A stretch of DNA of 64,000 bases from positions 4,138,552 to 4,202,551 of the forward strand of contig JAOSJT010000001.1 in assembly GCA_027493955.1 (NCBI GenBank). Reading direction: 5' to 3'. Below the pieces are notes generated by a model. The model saw nothing but the letters and a program-made list of their open reading frames with translations. It was not told where the DNA came from and did not search any database. The translations under genes were made by a program, and so were the position numbers. This DNA comes from Bacteroidia bacterium (GTDB lineage: Bacteria; Bacteroidota; Ignavibacteria; SZUA-365). Positions 28,727-38,104 of the stretch are shown one piece after another; position 1 is the first letter of the stretch; every line of letters starts with the position of its first letter.

Positions 28727-31189
28727 TCAGCTCACCCTCACCACCACCATCGTCATGTCGTCGTGCTGCTCGGCTTTGCCGGCGAAGCGGCGGGTTTCGC
28801 GGTAGAGGCCGTCGAGGATTTGCGCGGCGCTGTCGCCGGCGTGACGCTGCAGGGTGACGGCCAGTCGCTCCTCGCCGAACTCCTCGCGCTTCGTGGTCAT
28901 CGCCTCGGGATAACCGTCTGTGTACAGCACGAATATGTCTCCCGGATGTATGGGCAGCGTCACTTCCTCGATCGTCTGCTCGAATTTCTCACCGCCCTCG
29001 AAACCCAGCGCCATACCGCGCGACTGTATCACATCCACATGGTGATCGGAATCCATGCGCATCACCGGCGTGTGTCCCGCGCGCGCGATGGTGACGCTGT
29101 GCGTCTTCAGATCGAACACGGCGTAAATCATGCTGATGAAATTGCCGCGCTCCACGTTCTCGTAAAACAGGCGGTTCATTTCCACGAGCACGCGCGAGGG
29201 CGAGGTGGAAAAACGTCCCAGCGCTTTGAGAAATCCTTTGGTCAGCGTCATGTAAAACGCGGCCTGCGTGCCCTTGCCGGATACGTCTCCTATGGCGATG
29301 CCGATTTTATCCGGTCCCAGGTCGATGAAGTCGTAGTAATCCCCGCCCACCTCCATCGCCGGCGCACAGCGCGAAGCGATATCCAGGCCGGGGAAATGCG
29401 GATCGTGCTTCGGCAAAAAGCCCATCTGCACATCCCGCGCAATCTCCAGCTCGCGCGACAAACGCTGCCGCTCCGAAATATGCCGCTGGAAGCGGGGCGC
29501 GATCTTTTCGAAATCGCTCACCGTATCGCGTGTGACGAGGGCCAGCACGGCGAACAGCAGCATCGCCAGACCCACAGCCAGCAACAGCATTCCCTCGGAT
29601 TGATACGCGGTGTTCCAGGGCAGAAGCAGCAAACCACCTTTATGGACAATCAGACCCGCACTCAGTCCGCTGATGCCGGCCATGACATCCGCGGATACAA
29701 ACAGCAGTATCACAACGAGCGCAGGAAGCAGAGTAAGCGCTATTCCGCTCCAGAGAGGTTGCAGAGCGAGCGGATTCGGCAGAGCAAGCACCAATGCGCC
29801 CATCGGGAGCAGCAACCAAGGGGTGCGTAGTCGTTGACGGACCAGGGACACAACGAACATCACCGCGAAAGCGAAAGCAAACACACCGCTGTTCAATGAA
29901 TCGCCGAGCACAAAAAGCGCCGGCATACCGGAACTGAACATGTCGAAGGCATTATCCGATTTGTGCACGATACCAATGCCGCCGTCAGGAGCGAACAACC
30001 CGAGCGCGGTCACGCCAATACCCGTCATGAGTAATCCGCCCGACAGACCGCGTAACAGTGCATGCCCGATACGCGAATGAAGGACGTGCCCGCGCGTAAG
30101 CAGATCCACAGTGATGAATTTCTCTTTCCACGTTTCCCGCCCCACCGACTCTCCCACAGCCCAGACGACGAACATTGCGCCGCCGACGAGCAACGGAGCG
30201 AGCAGGAGTGGGAACAGGAGTTCCGGCTCCCAAACCGCCTCCGCGCGGAGCTGGAGGTAAAACCACGTGCCGAACAGCAGCGCCGTGACACCGCTGATAA
30301 GAAGGGCCGTTCGAAAACCGATCTCATACGCCCGCAGTCTCCGGATACCGGTCACAATCAGCAGTATCGAGAGGCCAACGTAAAAGAGCACCTGCAGTAT
30401 CTCTCCCATGTATCCGCCCTCACTCCCGGCCGCTGATGACGTTGCTCTGGGTTCAAGGGAGAAGCGGGTCACGGTACCACCGGCAAGATCCACGCGTACG
30501 TCGATGCTGTCACCTGTCCGGGCATCAAATGCGGCCCAGGAAGCCGAATAGTTTCTTCGCGCAGGTGATTCGTTCCGCGTCCAGCGAACACTGTCGCCGG
30601 GTGCGAAACCGCGCTGTGTGCGTGCAGCGGCATTCAGCCCGAGCGGACCGCGGTACATCGAGTCTGCGTGCGTCCGTATCAGACGCTCCACTGTACCGAG
30701 CGCCTCGTGCGGCGAGAGAGACGGAAGCGAAACCGAATCGGGTACGGGAACGAGCAAGTAGAGCAGTGATCCGTCAGTGTGGAATCGCATCTGAATGTCG
30801 CCCTTGAGAATGCGGTCCACGATGCGTTCTTCGGAATTCGAAATGCGCAGGGAGGTAGCTCCGTCGGGGTCGGCGCGGAATATGCGGACGCGCCAGTGAT
30901 ATGCCGAAGAGGAGAGTGCAGCCGGGACCGCGTCGGTGGGCGGCCCCTTGCGCGCGCCCATCTCCTCAGAAGAGCTCTGACGTAGCCTCGGAAGAATGGT
31001 GAAGCGCACGGAATCGAGATGCAGATCCGCAAGCACAGCTTGCGAGCGGAAGCGGATACTGTCGCTGTTCACAGTGAGACGCATCATGGACCAGGGGTGG
31101 GCGGTGGGATAGAAGTACAGCAGAAGAATCAATCCCGCGACTCCGCCGGCGAGCCAGAGCCAGGTGATAGCGCGTTCGCTCTGTAACAT
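28727..31189 (-). CDS. membrane sensor serine phosphatase: N-terminal TM plus ~250-aa extracytoplasmic domain, multi-pass (7TM-receptor-like) region, C-terminal PP2C/SpoIIE domain
   Basis: The C-terminal ~230 aa (..AMEVGGDYYDFIDL...GDVSGKGTQAAFYM...ARAGHTP...YTDGYPEA...HDDMTMVVVRV) is a SpoIIE/RsbU-type PP2C. The upstream half has ~7 hydrophobic helices. Start assigned to M 31189 (MLQSERAITWLWLAGGVAGLILLLYF). The track ORF extends to 31453 through the divergent promoter region. Confidence 0.8.
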   Translation of the reverse strand: MLQSERAITWLWLAGGVAGLILLLYFYPTAHPWSMMRLTVNSDSIRFRSQAVLADLHLDSVRFTILPRLRQSSSEEMGARKGPPTDAVPAALSSSAYHWRVRIFRADPDGATSLRISNSEERIVDRILKGDIQMRFHTDGSLLYLLVPVPDSVSLPSLSPHEALGTVERLIRTHADSMYRGPLGLNAAARTQRGFAPGDSVRWTRNESPARRNYSASWAAFDARTGDSIDVRVDLAGGTVTRFSLEPRATSSAAGSEGGYMGEILQVLFYVGLSILLIVTGIRRLRAYEIGFRTALLISGVTALLFGTWFYLQLRAEAVWEPELLFPLLLAPLLVGGAMFVVWAVGESVGRETWKEKFITVDLLTRGHVLHSRIGHALLRGLSGGLLMTGIGVTALGLFAPDGGIGIVHKSDNAFDMFSSGMPALFVLGDSLNSGVFAFAFAVMFVVSLVRQRLRTPWLLLPMGALVLALPNPLALQPLWSGIALTLLPALVVILLFVSADVMAGISGLSAGLIVHKGGLLLLPWNTAYQSEGMLLLAVGLAMLLFAVLALVTRDTVSDFEKIAPRFQRHISERQRLSRELEIARDVQMGFLPKHDPHFPGLDIASRCAPAMEVGGDYYDFIDLGPDKIGIAIGDVSGKGTQAAFYMTLTKGFLKALGRFSTSPSRVLVEMNRLFYENVERGNFISMIYAVFDLKTHSVTIARAGHTPVMRMDSDHHVDVIQSRGMALGFEGGEKFEQTIEEVTLPIHPGDIFVLYTDGYPEAMTTKREEFGEERLAVTLQRHAGDSAAQILDGLYRETRRFAGKAEQHDDMTMVVVRVS

Positions 31190-31235
31190 GCAGTCTCCGA
31201 AATGCTGGAAAAACAGGATCAGTCCACGGCTGCGA

Positions 31236-31250
31236 GATGCAACAGTTGCA
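31236..31250. promoter_or_regulatory. palindrome ATGCAAC-A-GTTGCAT in the 262-bp divergent control region between the two PP2C sensor genes
   Basis: atgcaacagttgcat at 31236-31250. Half-site GATGCAAC recurs at 31396-31403. Confidence 0.2.
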
Positions 31251-31451
31251 TGGGGCGTCCGTATACGGATTGTTCGGCATAAGGTTGCTTTCACGAACAG
31301 AATCACGACAGGGCGGCCTGAGAACGAATTCCGCGAATACTGTGTGATTCCTTCGTGTAAAATCGCGATATTATGCGACTGAAAACAACCCGAGCGATGC
31401 AACGCGTCCCGTGAGTTCTCTCTTCTGTACTTCTCACTTTCAGGCGCCGCC

Positions 31452-34244
31452 ATGTCCCGACTGATGGATTCTCTTTCACCGCGTGCGATACGAATTCTCT
31501 ACTCCGTTTTTGCCATTCTCGTCCTGGCTATCGCCGTGTACAATCTCCTGCACATCCTTGTGTGGCGCGTGCCGAGCAATGATCAATGTGAGTGGAGAAT
31601 GGTGTTTTCCGATACAGCGGCCGTGCATCTGGATTGGGATGTGCGCAAGCCGCATGCGTCAATGCTCGGTTTCGAACGGGGAGACCTGGTTCTCGCTGTC
31701 AATGGCATCAGTGCCGACAGTGCGAGCGATGCGATAAAGAACATACTGCGTGCGGCCGGCGGAGATACGGTTCGGGTACTGATTGACAGGGACCGGCGGC
31801 AGCGGACCATCCCGCTCGTGCGCGATCCCGGGTGGAAAGAACTTCCGTTCAAGTTGTACGACAGGCCTGTCGAAACCCTCGTCATAACGAACATCGTTCC
31901 CGGAGGGGTGACGGAGCAGGCCGGCGCACAGGAAGGCGATCTGCTGCTGCGTATCGACAGCGTCAGTACCCGCTATCAACTCGGCGCTCAGAATCTTCTC
32001 AACAGACATCATGCGGGTAGCATCGCCCGCTTTACCATTGAGAGAGATGGAGAGCTGCGCACACTGAACGTTCGTGTGCTCAAGGCCTTTAATTACATGT
32101 ACTTCGGCCTGTTTCTCCTTGGCCTGGGTTTCTTCGTCGTCGGGTACGTGGTCGTGATGGCCAAACCGGAGGGTCGTATCCAACGACGTTTCGGGCGCTA
32201 TGGTATCCTCGCCTTATTCCTGTTCGGAATGCAGAGCGTCGCAGTGGGTCCGGTACTGGATTCGTATTTCAAAGTGTACAGCATGCTATCGCTGGCGCTC
32301 CTTTCGCGTATTATCGCACCTCCGGCCTTCGTGATGTTTTTCTTCCACTTCCCGTATCACAAACGGCGTGTGGATCGCTGGTGGATCATTACCGGTCTTT
32401 ACGGACTCTGCGCTCTCGCCGCTTTCGTGCTCTTTAATTGGTCCTTCCATATTCTCGAATGGAGGGCGGCGCTCTGGATGATCCGTCTCGCCGATCTTTT
32501 GCCCATGTCGCTGCTCTTCGTCGGGCTCCTGGTCTTTGCGCACAGCTACTTTCATGTCGGGGACCGACTGCAACGCAAGCAACTGCGTCCCATTTTGTAC
32601 TCCACCCTCATCGGTGTCGCGGTCTTCATCTACATGACAGTGGTGAGCACGACCTATCCTCTTGCGATTTACCTTCAGCCCTATCTTCTGCTCCCGGCAC
32701 TATTGTTCATCGGCATTCCTCCTGCCTTTGCCTATGCGATTTTCAAGAATCGCCTCATGGACGTGACCGTTATCGTCAAGCGCAGCATCATATATGCGCT
32801 GATTACCGCCACCATCGCGGCGATTTACCTCATGTTCGTGTTCGGTCTTGGGAGTGTGCTCGGGGTAATGCTGGGTGAAACGGACAACACTCTGCTCATA
32901 CTCGTCGCCTTCATCGTCATCGCGCTGGTCTTCGATCCGCTCAAACGAAGATTGCAGGAGTGGGTGGACCGTATATTCTATCAGGAACGCTACAATTACC
33001 AGAAAGCGTTGCTCGAGTTCAGCCGTGAACTCCCGCGGCAAATCAAGATGGAGGAAATTCTTTCTTCCATGGTGTCGCGTATTTCATCCACCATGCATGT
33101 CGAGCGCGTGGCCGTGGGGCTGTGCGATGATACGCATGGCTGTCATGTGCTGAGTAAAAATATTCCGGACCGCTGCTGTGAATTCGGACATGTGGATGGC
33201 GGGCTGTTGCAGGCGCTGAAGGACATGCGTATCCCTCTCTCCGTCGCGCTGGTCAACGAGGATCCGCGCATCGTGGATCCTGAGGACAGACAGCGCATTC
33301 GTGAGGCCGGTATCGTGTTGGTCGTGCCGATGTTTTTGCAGGATCGTCTCATCGGCGCCATCATGGTTGGTTCCAAGATGAGCGGCAAGGTCTACTCGCA
33401 GGAAGACATTGATCTGCTTTCCACCGTCGCGGGACAGGCCGCGATAGCCATCGAAAACGCCCGTCTGCACTCATCGGAACTGGAGAAACAGAAGATCACC
33501 GAACAATTGCAGATCGCACAGCGCATACAGAAAAGTCTGCTCCCGCGCAGCAGTCCCGAACTATCCCAACTCGACATCGCCGGCGTGTCGATTCCCGCGA
33601 TGACGGTCGGTGGTGATTATTATGACTACATACACCTGCCGGACGACCGCCTGCTCGTGGTCGTGGGCGATGTATCCGGGAAAGGCATATCCGCCGCGCT
33701 GTACATGTCCAAGGTGCAGGGTATTCTCCGTTTTGCCGCGTCGGTGTGCGCCACACCGCGCGACATGCTCATCAGCACCAACCGCCATTTGTATGAAGGT
33801 ATGGAGCGGAACACGTTCTTTACCGCGGTACTCGCCTTATTCGACTTCCGGGAGGGGACCGTGACCATGTGCCGCGCCGGACACACGCAACCGCTGGTCG
33901 GTCTGAACGGCGATTTGCACTATATGCACATGGAAGGCATGGGGCTCGGTCTCGAGCCGGGTGCCGTGTTCGACACCTCCCTGCAGGAGGTCACCTGGCC
34001 AATGAAACCCGGTGGGCTGGTACTGCTGTATTCGGACGGACTGACCGAGGCCATGGACGGGGGCATGAATCTATTCGGCGAAGACCGTCTTTTCAGCCTT
34101 TTCCGCAGTGTGCGTCATGAAGACGCCGAAGACATACAGCGGCGCATCTTAGGGGAGGTGGCCTTGCATCGCGGTGCCGCCGAGCAAAACGATGACATCA
34201 CCATGGTGGTCATTCGGATTAAGCAGAAAAAGGTATCTGAATAA
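31452..34244 (+). CDS. membrane sensor serine phosphatase: TM anchor, two PDZ domains, multi-pass TM region, GAF domain, PP2C/SpoIIE domain
   Basis: PDZ-like blocks (GDLVLAVNGIS..., GDLLLRIDSVS...), ~8 hydrophobic helices (res ~230-480), a GAF-like region (..VAVGLCDD...IVLVVPMFLQDRLIGAIMVGSK..), and a C-terminal PP2C paralogous to the previous gene (VGGDYYDYIHL...GDVSGKGISAALYM...RAGHTQ...YSDGLTEA...NDDITMVVIRI). Confidence 0.8.
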   Translation: MSRLMDSLSPRAIRILYSVFAILVLAIAVYNLLHILVWRVPSNDQCEWRMVFSDTAAVHLDWDVRKPHASMLGFERGDLVLAVNGISADSASDAIKNILRAAGGDTVRVLIDRDRRQRTIPLVRDPGWKELPFKLYDRPVETLVITNIVPGGVTEQAGAQEGDLLLRIDSVSTRYQLGAQNLLNRHHAGSIARFTIERDGELRTLNVRVLKAFNYMYFGLFLLGLGFFVVGYVVVMAKPEGRIQRRFGRYGILALFLFGMQSVAVGPVLDSYFKVYSMLSLALLSRIIAPPAFVMFFFHFPYHKRRVDRWWIITGLYGLCALAAFVLFNWSFHILEWRAALWMIRLADLLPMSLLFVGLLVFAHSYFHVGDRLQRKQLRPILYSTLIGVAVFIYMTVVSTTYPLAIYLQPYLLLPALLFIGIPPAFAYAIFKNRLMDVTVIVKRSIIYALITATIAAIYLMFVFGLGSVLGVMLGETDNTLLILVAFIVIALVFDPLKRRLQEWVDRIFYQERYNYQKALLEFSRELPRQIKMEEILSSMVSRISSTMHVERVAVGLCDDTHGCHVLSKNIPDRCCEFGHVDGGLLQALKDMRIPLSVALVNEDPRIVDPEDRQRIREAGIVLVVPMFLQDRLIGAIMVGSKMSGKVYSQEDIDLLSTVAGQAAIAIENARLHSSELEKQKITEQLQIAQRIQKSLLPRSSPELSQLDIAGVSIPAMTVGGDYYDYIHLPDDRLLVVVGDVSGKGISAALYMSKVQGILRFAASVCATPRDMLISTNRHLYEGMERNTFFTAVLALFDFREGTVTMCRAGHTQPLVGLNGDLHYMHMEGMGLGLEPGAVFDTSLQEVTWPMKPGGLVLLYSDGLTEAMDGGMNLFGEDRLFSLFRSVRHEDAEDIQRRILGEVALHRGAAEQNDDITMVVIRIKQKKVSE

Positions 34245-34326
34245 TCCGGCATGCGGGGCCGGCGGACACATTTTTCCCTTCCAGGACTTTTCCCGATGTT
34301 GGAGCATTGACAATACCGGATGCTCC

Positions 34327-36123
34327 ATGACACGTCTCATTTTTTCCACTGCGATCGTACTCCCCCTGCTGCTCACAACGTGCACTACAGACCATCGTAG
34401 TGCCGCCGACCGTCACTTCGAGGAGGTTGCCGCGCACTTCATCGAAGCCTGGCTCGTTTCCCATCCCGAACAGGCGACAGCGCTGGGGGACCGCCGTTTC
34501 GACGACCGACTGAATGATTACTCCCACAATGGGATACAGAACGACATCGCGCTGTATCGTGCATATCTCGACACTTTGCGGGAAATACGCGTCGAGGATC
34601 TTTCGGCAGCACACATGATTGATTACGACATTATGCTGCAAAGTGTCACAGGAAGTCTTTTTACACTCGAAGAATTGCGCGAGTGGGAATGGAACCCCTT
34701 GTCATACAATCCCGGGGAGGCTATCTACGGCCTGATCGCGCGCAATGGAACGACGTTCAGCGCAAGAATGAAGGCCTTGGCCGCGAGACTGCGCGGTGTA
34801 CACGCTCTGCTCGACGCGGCCCGCGCGAATTTGACGAATCCTCCTGCAATTCACACCGAGACCGCGATCATTCAAAACGAAGGCGTCCTTGCACTGCTGA
34901 CCGGCATCGTGCAGGCTTGTATCGACAGCGTGGACAGTCCGCTGCGCGCCGAGCTCTCCACAGCTCGCGATTCCGCATTATTGGCACTCAGGGACTATGG
35001 TGCCTGGTTGTCGGAGGACTTGCTCCCGCGCTCACGACGTGACTTCCGACTTGGCGCGGCGCTGTACGCCAGGAAGTTTCAGTATAAACTCGATACGGAC
35101 ATGAAACCGGAAGATCTGTTGCAGGAGGCCTGGCTCGATCTCGCCCGTACCACAGAGGACATGTATCAGGTCGCACTTCCATTGTATGCGGAGCTGTTCG
35201 ACAGTCGTGACGCCGCGAAACTCGAGCGCGACGCACTCATACGCGCGGTACTCGCCAAGCTCAGCGATCAGCATTCCAACGACGATCGCATCGTTGAGCA
35301 GGCGCGGCGTGACCTCGTGGCGGCCACGGATTTCGTAAAGGCACAGGGCTTGGTGACCGTGCCCGCCGAGCCATTGGAGATCATCGTGATGCCGGAATTT
35401 CAGCGTGGTGTCGCGGTGGCTTACTGCGACAGTCCCGGAGCACTGGAGAAAAACGGAAAAACGTTTTTCGCCATCGCTCCCACTCCGGCATATTGGACCG
35501 ATGCACGCAAGGAGTCGTTCTACCGCGAATATAATGACCACATGCTGCGGAATCTTGTTGTGCACGAAGCGATGCCGGGGCACTATTTGCAGATAGCCGC
35601 ATCGCATAAGGCAGAGGCCCCGACACTCCTGCGTGCGATCACACCCAGCGGTGTGTTTGCCGAAGGGTGGGCGACCTACAGCGAGCAGCTCATGGCTGAC
35701 GCCGGTTTCGGCGGAGCGGCGATGAAGATGCAGCAACTCAAGATGCGTCTCCGTCTGTTGATCAACACCATTCTCGACCAGAGTGTCCACACGATGGGCA
35801 TGAGCGAACGCGATGGCATGGCGCTGATGATGGAGCAGGGATTTCAGGAGGAGAGCGAGGCGGCGGGTAAATGGCGCAGGGCCTGTCTCACCTCGGTGCA
35901 GCTCAGTTCCTACTATTACGGCAACCGGAGAATCAACGACATACGCGCACGCTATCAACAGCAGGCGGGTGAGCGCTTCGACCTGCGGGCGTTTCACGAT
36001 ACCCTGCTTTCCTTCGGCACCATTTCGCCCAAATATCTGCCCGTGTTGCTCAAGCTGCCCTCCGATGCCGCATCGGCACCGTCGGCAGCGGAACGGGAAA
36101 ATTTGGAACGCCGACCAGGTTGA
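34327..36123 (+). CDS. DUF885-family lipoprotein (zinc-metallopeptidase-like HEAMPGH motif)
   Basis: Signal/lipobox MTRLIFSTAIVLPLLLTTC; length ~600 aa; conserved HEAMPGHYLQ block typical of DUF885. Confidence 0.7.
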   Translation: MTRLIFSTAIVLPLLLTTCTTDHRSAADRHFEEVAAHFIEAWLVSHPEQATALGDRRFDDRLNDYSHNGIQNDIALYRAYLDTLREIRVEDLSAAHMIDYDIMLQSVTGSLFTLEELREWEWNPLSYNPGEAIYGLIARNGTTFSARMKALAARLRGVHALLDAARANLTNPPAIHTETAIIQNEGVLALLTGIVQACIDSVDSPLRAELSTARDSALLALRDYGAWLSEDLLPRSRRDFRLGAALYARKFQYKLDTDMKPEDLLQEAWLDLARTTEDMYQVALPLYAELFDSRDAAKLERDALIRAVLAKLSDQHSNDDRIVEQARRDLVAATDFVKAQGLVTVPAEPLEIIVMPEFQRGVAVAYCDSPGALEKNGKTFFAIAPTPAYWTDARKESFYREYNDHMLRNLVVHEAMPGHYLQIAASHKAEAPTLLRAITPSGVFAEGWATYSEQLMADAGFGGAAMKMQQLKMRLRLLINTILDQSVHTMGMSERDGMALMMEQGFQEESEAAGKWRRACLTSVQLSSYYYGNRRINDIRARYQQQAGERFDLRAFHDTLLSFGTISPKYLPVLLKLPSDAASAPSAAERENLERRPG

Positions 36124-37148
36124 TGGAACCTTCGCACGATACCGACGCGCTAGCAGCCCTCGGAACGGAGTTCACCGGCACCGCTCCGAACGCGGTGATC
36201 GCGCTCAAGGGTGACGCTTCCGACCGCAGGATTTACCGGCTTGTGTATTCTTCGCAAAGTCTGATCGGCGTCGTCGGACCCAATGTGGCGGAGAACCGCG
36301 CCTTCATCGGCTTCGCGCGCTCCTTCCGCGCCGCAGGATTGCATGTGCCGGAAGTGTATCGCGTATCGGAACACGAGCAGGCGTATCTGCAGGAGGATCT
36401 CGGAGACGCGCTTTTCAGCGACTGGCAACGGACACATACGACAGCCGAGGGTGTGGATGGCGAGGCCATGGCCCTGTACGGCATCGTATTGCAAGAGCTG
36501 CTGCGTTTTCAGCACGACGCCGCCTCCGCAGTGGATTATTCACTGTGTTATCAGACCCGCGAGTTCTCGACCGAAGCGATGCTTTTCGACATCCGTTATT
36601 TCCGCGACAACTTCCTTGCACGTCTCGCAGAAGTTCCGTGGGACGAGCGGCGTTTCATGGCCGATTGCAACCTGCTGGTCGAAATGCTGTGCCGGGAGCC
36701 GCGCAACGGTTTCCTCTACCGAGATTTTCAATCCCGCAATGTCATGCTGCGCGATGGCACACCCTGGTTCATAGATTTCCAATCCGGCCGAAAGGGCGCT
36801 CCGCAGTATGACCTCGCGTCCATGCTGTACGACTCAAAGGGCGGGCTTACAACCGCGCAGCGCGAGACGCTCATCGATCAGTACATTGCCGGCCTGAGGT
36901 CGCGGTATGATGTCGATGAAGTCGTTTTCCGGCGCCGTTTCGCCGGTTTCGCCGTGTTGCGGCTCATGCAGGCACTCGGCGCTTTCGCCAACCTCGGTCT
37001 GAACAAAGGCAAACCAACGTACCTCGAGTTCATTCCGTCACGTTTGAGCACAATGCGCGAGGTCGTTTCCTCAGCGGTAATTCTCGACGAAGTCCCGTAT
37101 CTGAGGGGTTTGTTGCTGCGGTGCGGTGATGGTGGTGATTCAGAGTGA
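36123..37148 (+). CDS. aminoglycoside-phosphotransferase-fold sugar kinase, AmgK-like (anomeric MurNAc/GlcNAc kinase); LicA-type alternative not excluded
   Basis: APH/ChoK-family catalytic loop YRDFQSRNVML (Brenner motif HxDxxxxN with Y) and IDFQSG metal-binding loop; 341 aa; a nucleotidyltransferase gene follows in the same direction. Starts TGATG-overlapped with the DUF885 stop. Confidence 0.6.
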   Translation: MEPSHDTDALAALGTEFTGTAPNAVIALKGDASDRRIYRLVYSSQSLIGVVGPNVAENRAFIGFARSFRAAGLHVPEVYRVSEHEQAYLQEDLGDALFSDWQRTHTTAEGVDGEAMALYGIVLQELLRFQHDAASAVDYSLCYQTREFSTEAMLFDIRYFRDNFLARLAEVPWDERRFMADCNLLVEMLCREPRNGFLYRDFQSRNVMLRDGTPWFIDFQSGRKGAPQYDLASMLYDSKGGLTTAQRETLIDQYIAGLRSRYDVDEVVFRRRFAGFAVLRLMQALGAFANLGLNKGKPTYLEFIPSRLSTMREVVSSAVILDEVPYLRGLLLRCGDGGDSE

Positions 37149-37149
37149 T

Positions 37150-37705
37150 AAGCGAAGTAAAGAGTGAAGAGTAAAGAGTAAAGAGTGAAGAGCGTCAACC
37201 AAGGAGCTAGCGCTGTAACTGCAGAATATACGAAAACGAACCCCTTTACTCTTTACTCTTTACCCTTCACGAATCCTATGAGTTTATAGATTCACATCCC
37301 ATCATGAGCAGACGTTCTGAAGTTACAGAAATATATGCGTAACAGAACCCCTTTACCCTTTACTCTTTACCCTTCACGAATCCAAGGAGTTTATCGATTC
37401 GCATTCCATCCTGAGCAGACGTTTTGAAGTTACAGAAATATATGCGTAACAGAACCCCTTTACCCTTTACTCTTTACCCTTCACGAATCCTATGAGTTTA
37501 TAGATTCACATCCCATCATGGGCAGACGTTCTGAAGTTACAGAAATATATGCGTAACAGAACCCCTTTACCCTTTACTCTTTACCCTTCACGAATCCTAT
37601 GAGTTTATAGATTCACATCCCATCATGAGCAGACGTTCTGAAGTTACAGAAATATATGCGTAACAGAACCCCTCTACCCTTTACTCTTTACCCTTTACGA
37701 ATTCC
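37150..37705 (+). repeat. 107-bp tandem repeat array (~4.5 copies) preceded by an inverted GTAAAGA/GTGAAGA heptamer block; lower GC than surroundings
   Basis: cagacgttctgaagttacag recurs at 37309, 37416, 37523 and 37630 (period 107). Each unit contains ..cctttaccctttactctttacccttcac.. and atgagcagacgttctgaagttacagaaatatatgcgtaa. The final copy merges into the start of ORF 37706. Confidence 0.85.
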
Positions 37706-38104
37706 ATGAGTCTGTTGATTCACATCGCATCATTCGGATACAGAAAATCCGGTATCCCCGCAGACGAGTCCGGCCATGGCGGCGGGTATGTGTTCGACTG
37801 CCGCGGTTTGCCGAATCCCGGACGCGAAGAGCGCTTTCAGGCGCTGACGGGATTGGACGCGGAGGTGGAACTGTTTCTTGCGGCTGAGGAGGCGGTAGAG
37901 GATTTTCTTGCGCACTGCCTTGCGCTCTGTCTGAGTACGGCGGAGGCGCATCGGCGCAGGGATTTTACGCAGCTGTCCGTAAGCTTCGGCTGCACGGGAG
38001 GTCAGCATCGCTCGGTGTACTGCGCCGAACGGACGGCACAGGCCCTGCGCGATGCGGGGTATGATGTCGTCGTGACGCATAACGAACGGGAGCATTGGCC
38101 ATGA
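37706..38104 (+). CDS. RapZ (YhbJ/YvcJ) C-terminal-domain-like protein lacking the P-loop NTPase half
   Basis: 132 aa; ...VSFGCTGGQHRSVYCAERTAQALRDAGYDV matches, as recalled, the GCTGG(Q/K)HRSV block of the RapZ family C-terminal domain; no Walker A. Stop overlaps the start of the next gene (ATGA). Confidence 0.45.
   Translation: MSLLIHIASFGYRKSGIPADESGHGGGYVFDCRGLPNPGREERFQALTGLDAEVELFLAAEEAVEDFLAHCLALCLSTAEAHRRRDFTQLSVSFGCTGGQHRSVYCAERTAQALRDAGYDVVVTHNEREHWP

Noticed and set aside
31190-31453. 88-codon N-terminal extension of the PP2C sensor ORF up to 31453
   Set aside because: Would abut the divergent gene's start codon with zero intergenic space. Sequence is non-protein-like. The downstream M at 31189 begins a typical TM helix.
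35032-35997. 321-aa minus-strand ORF
   Set aside because: Antisense to the DUF885 gene.
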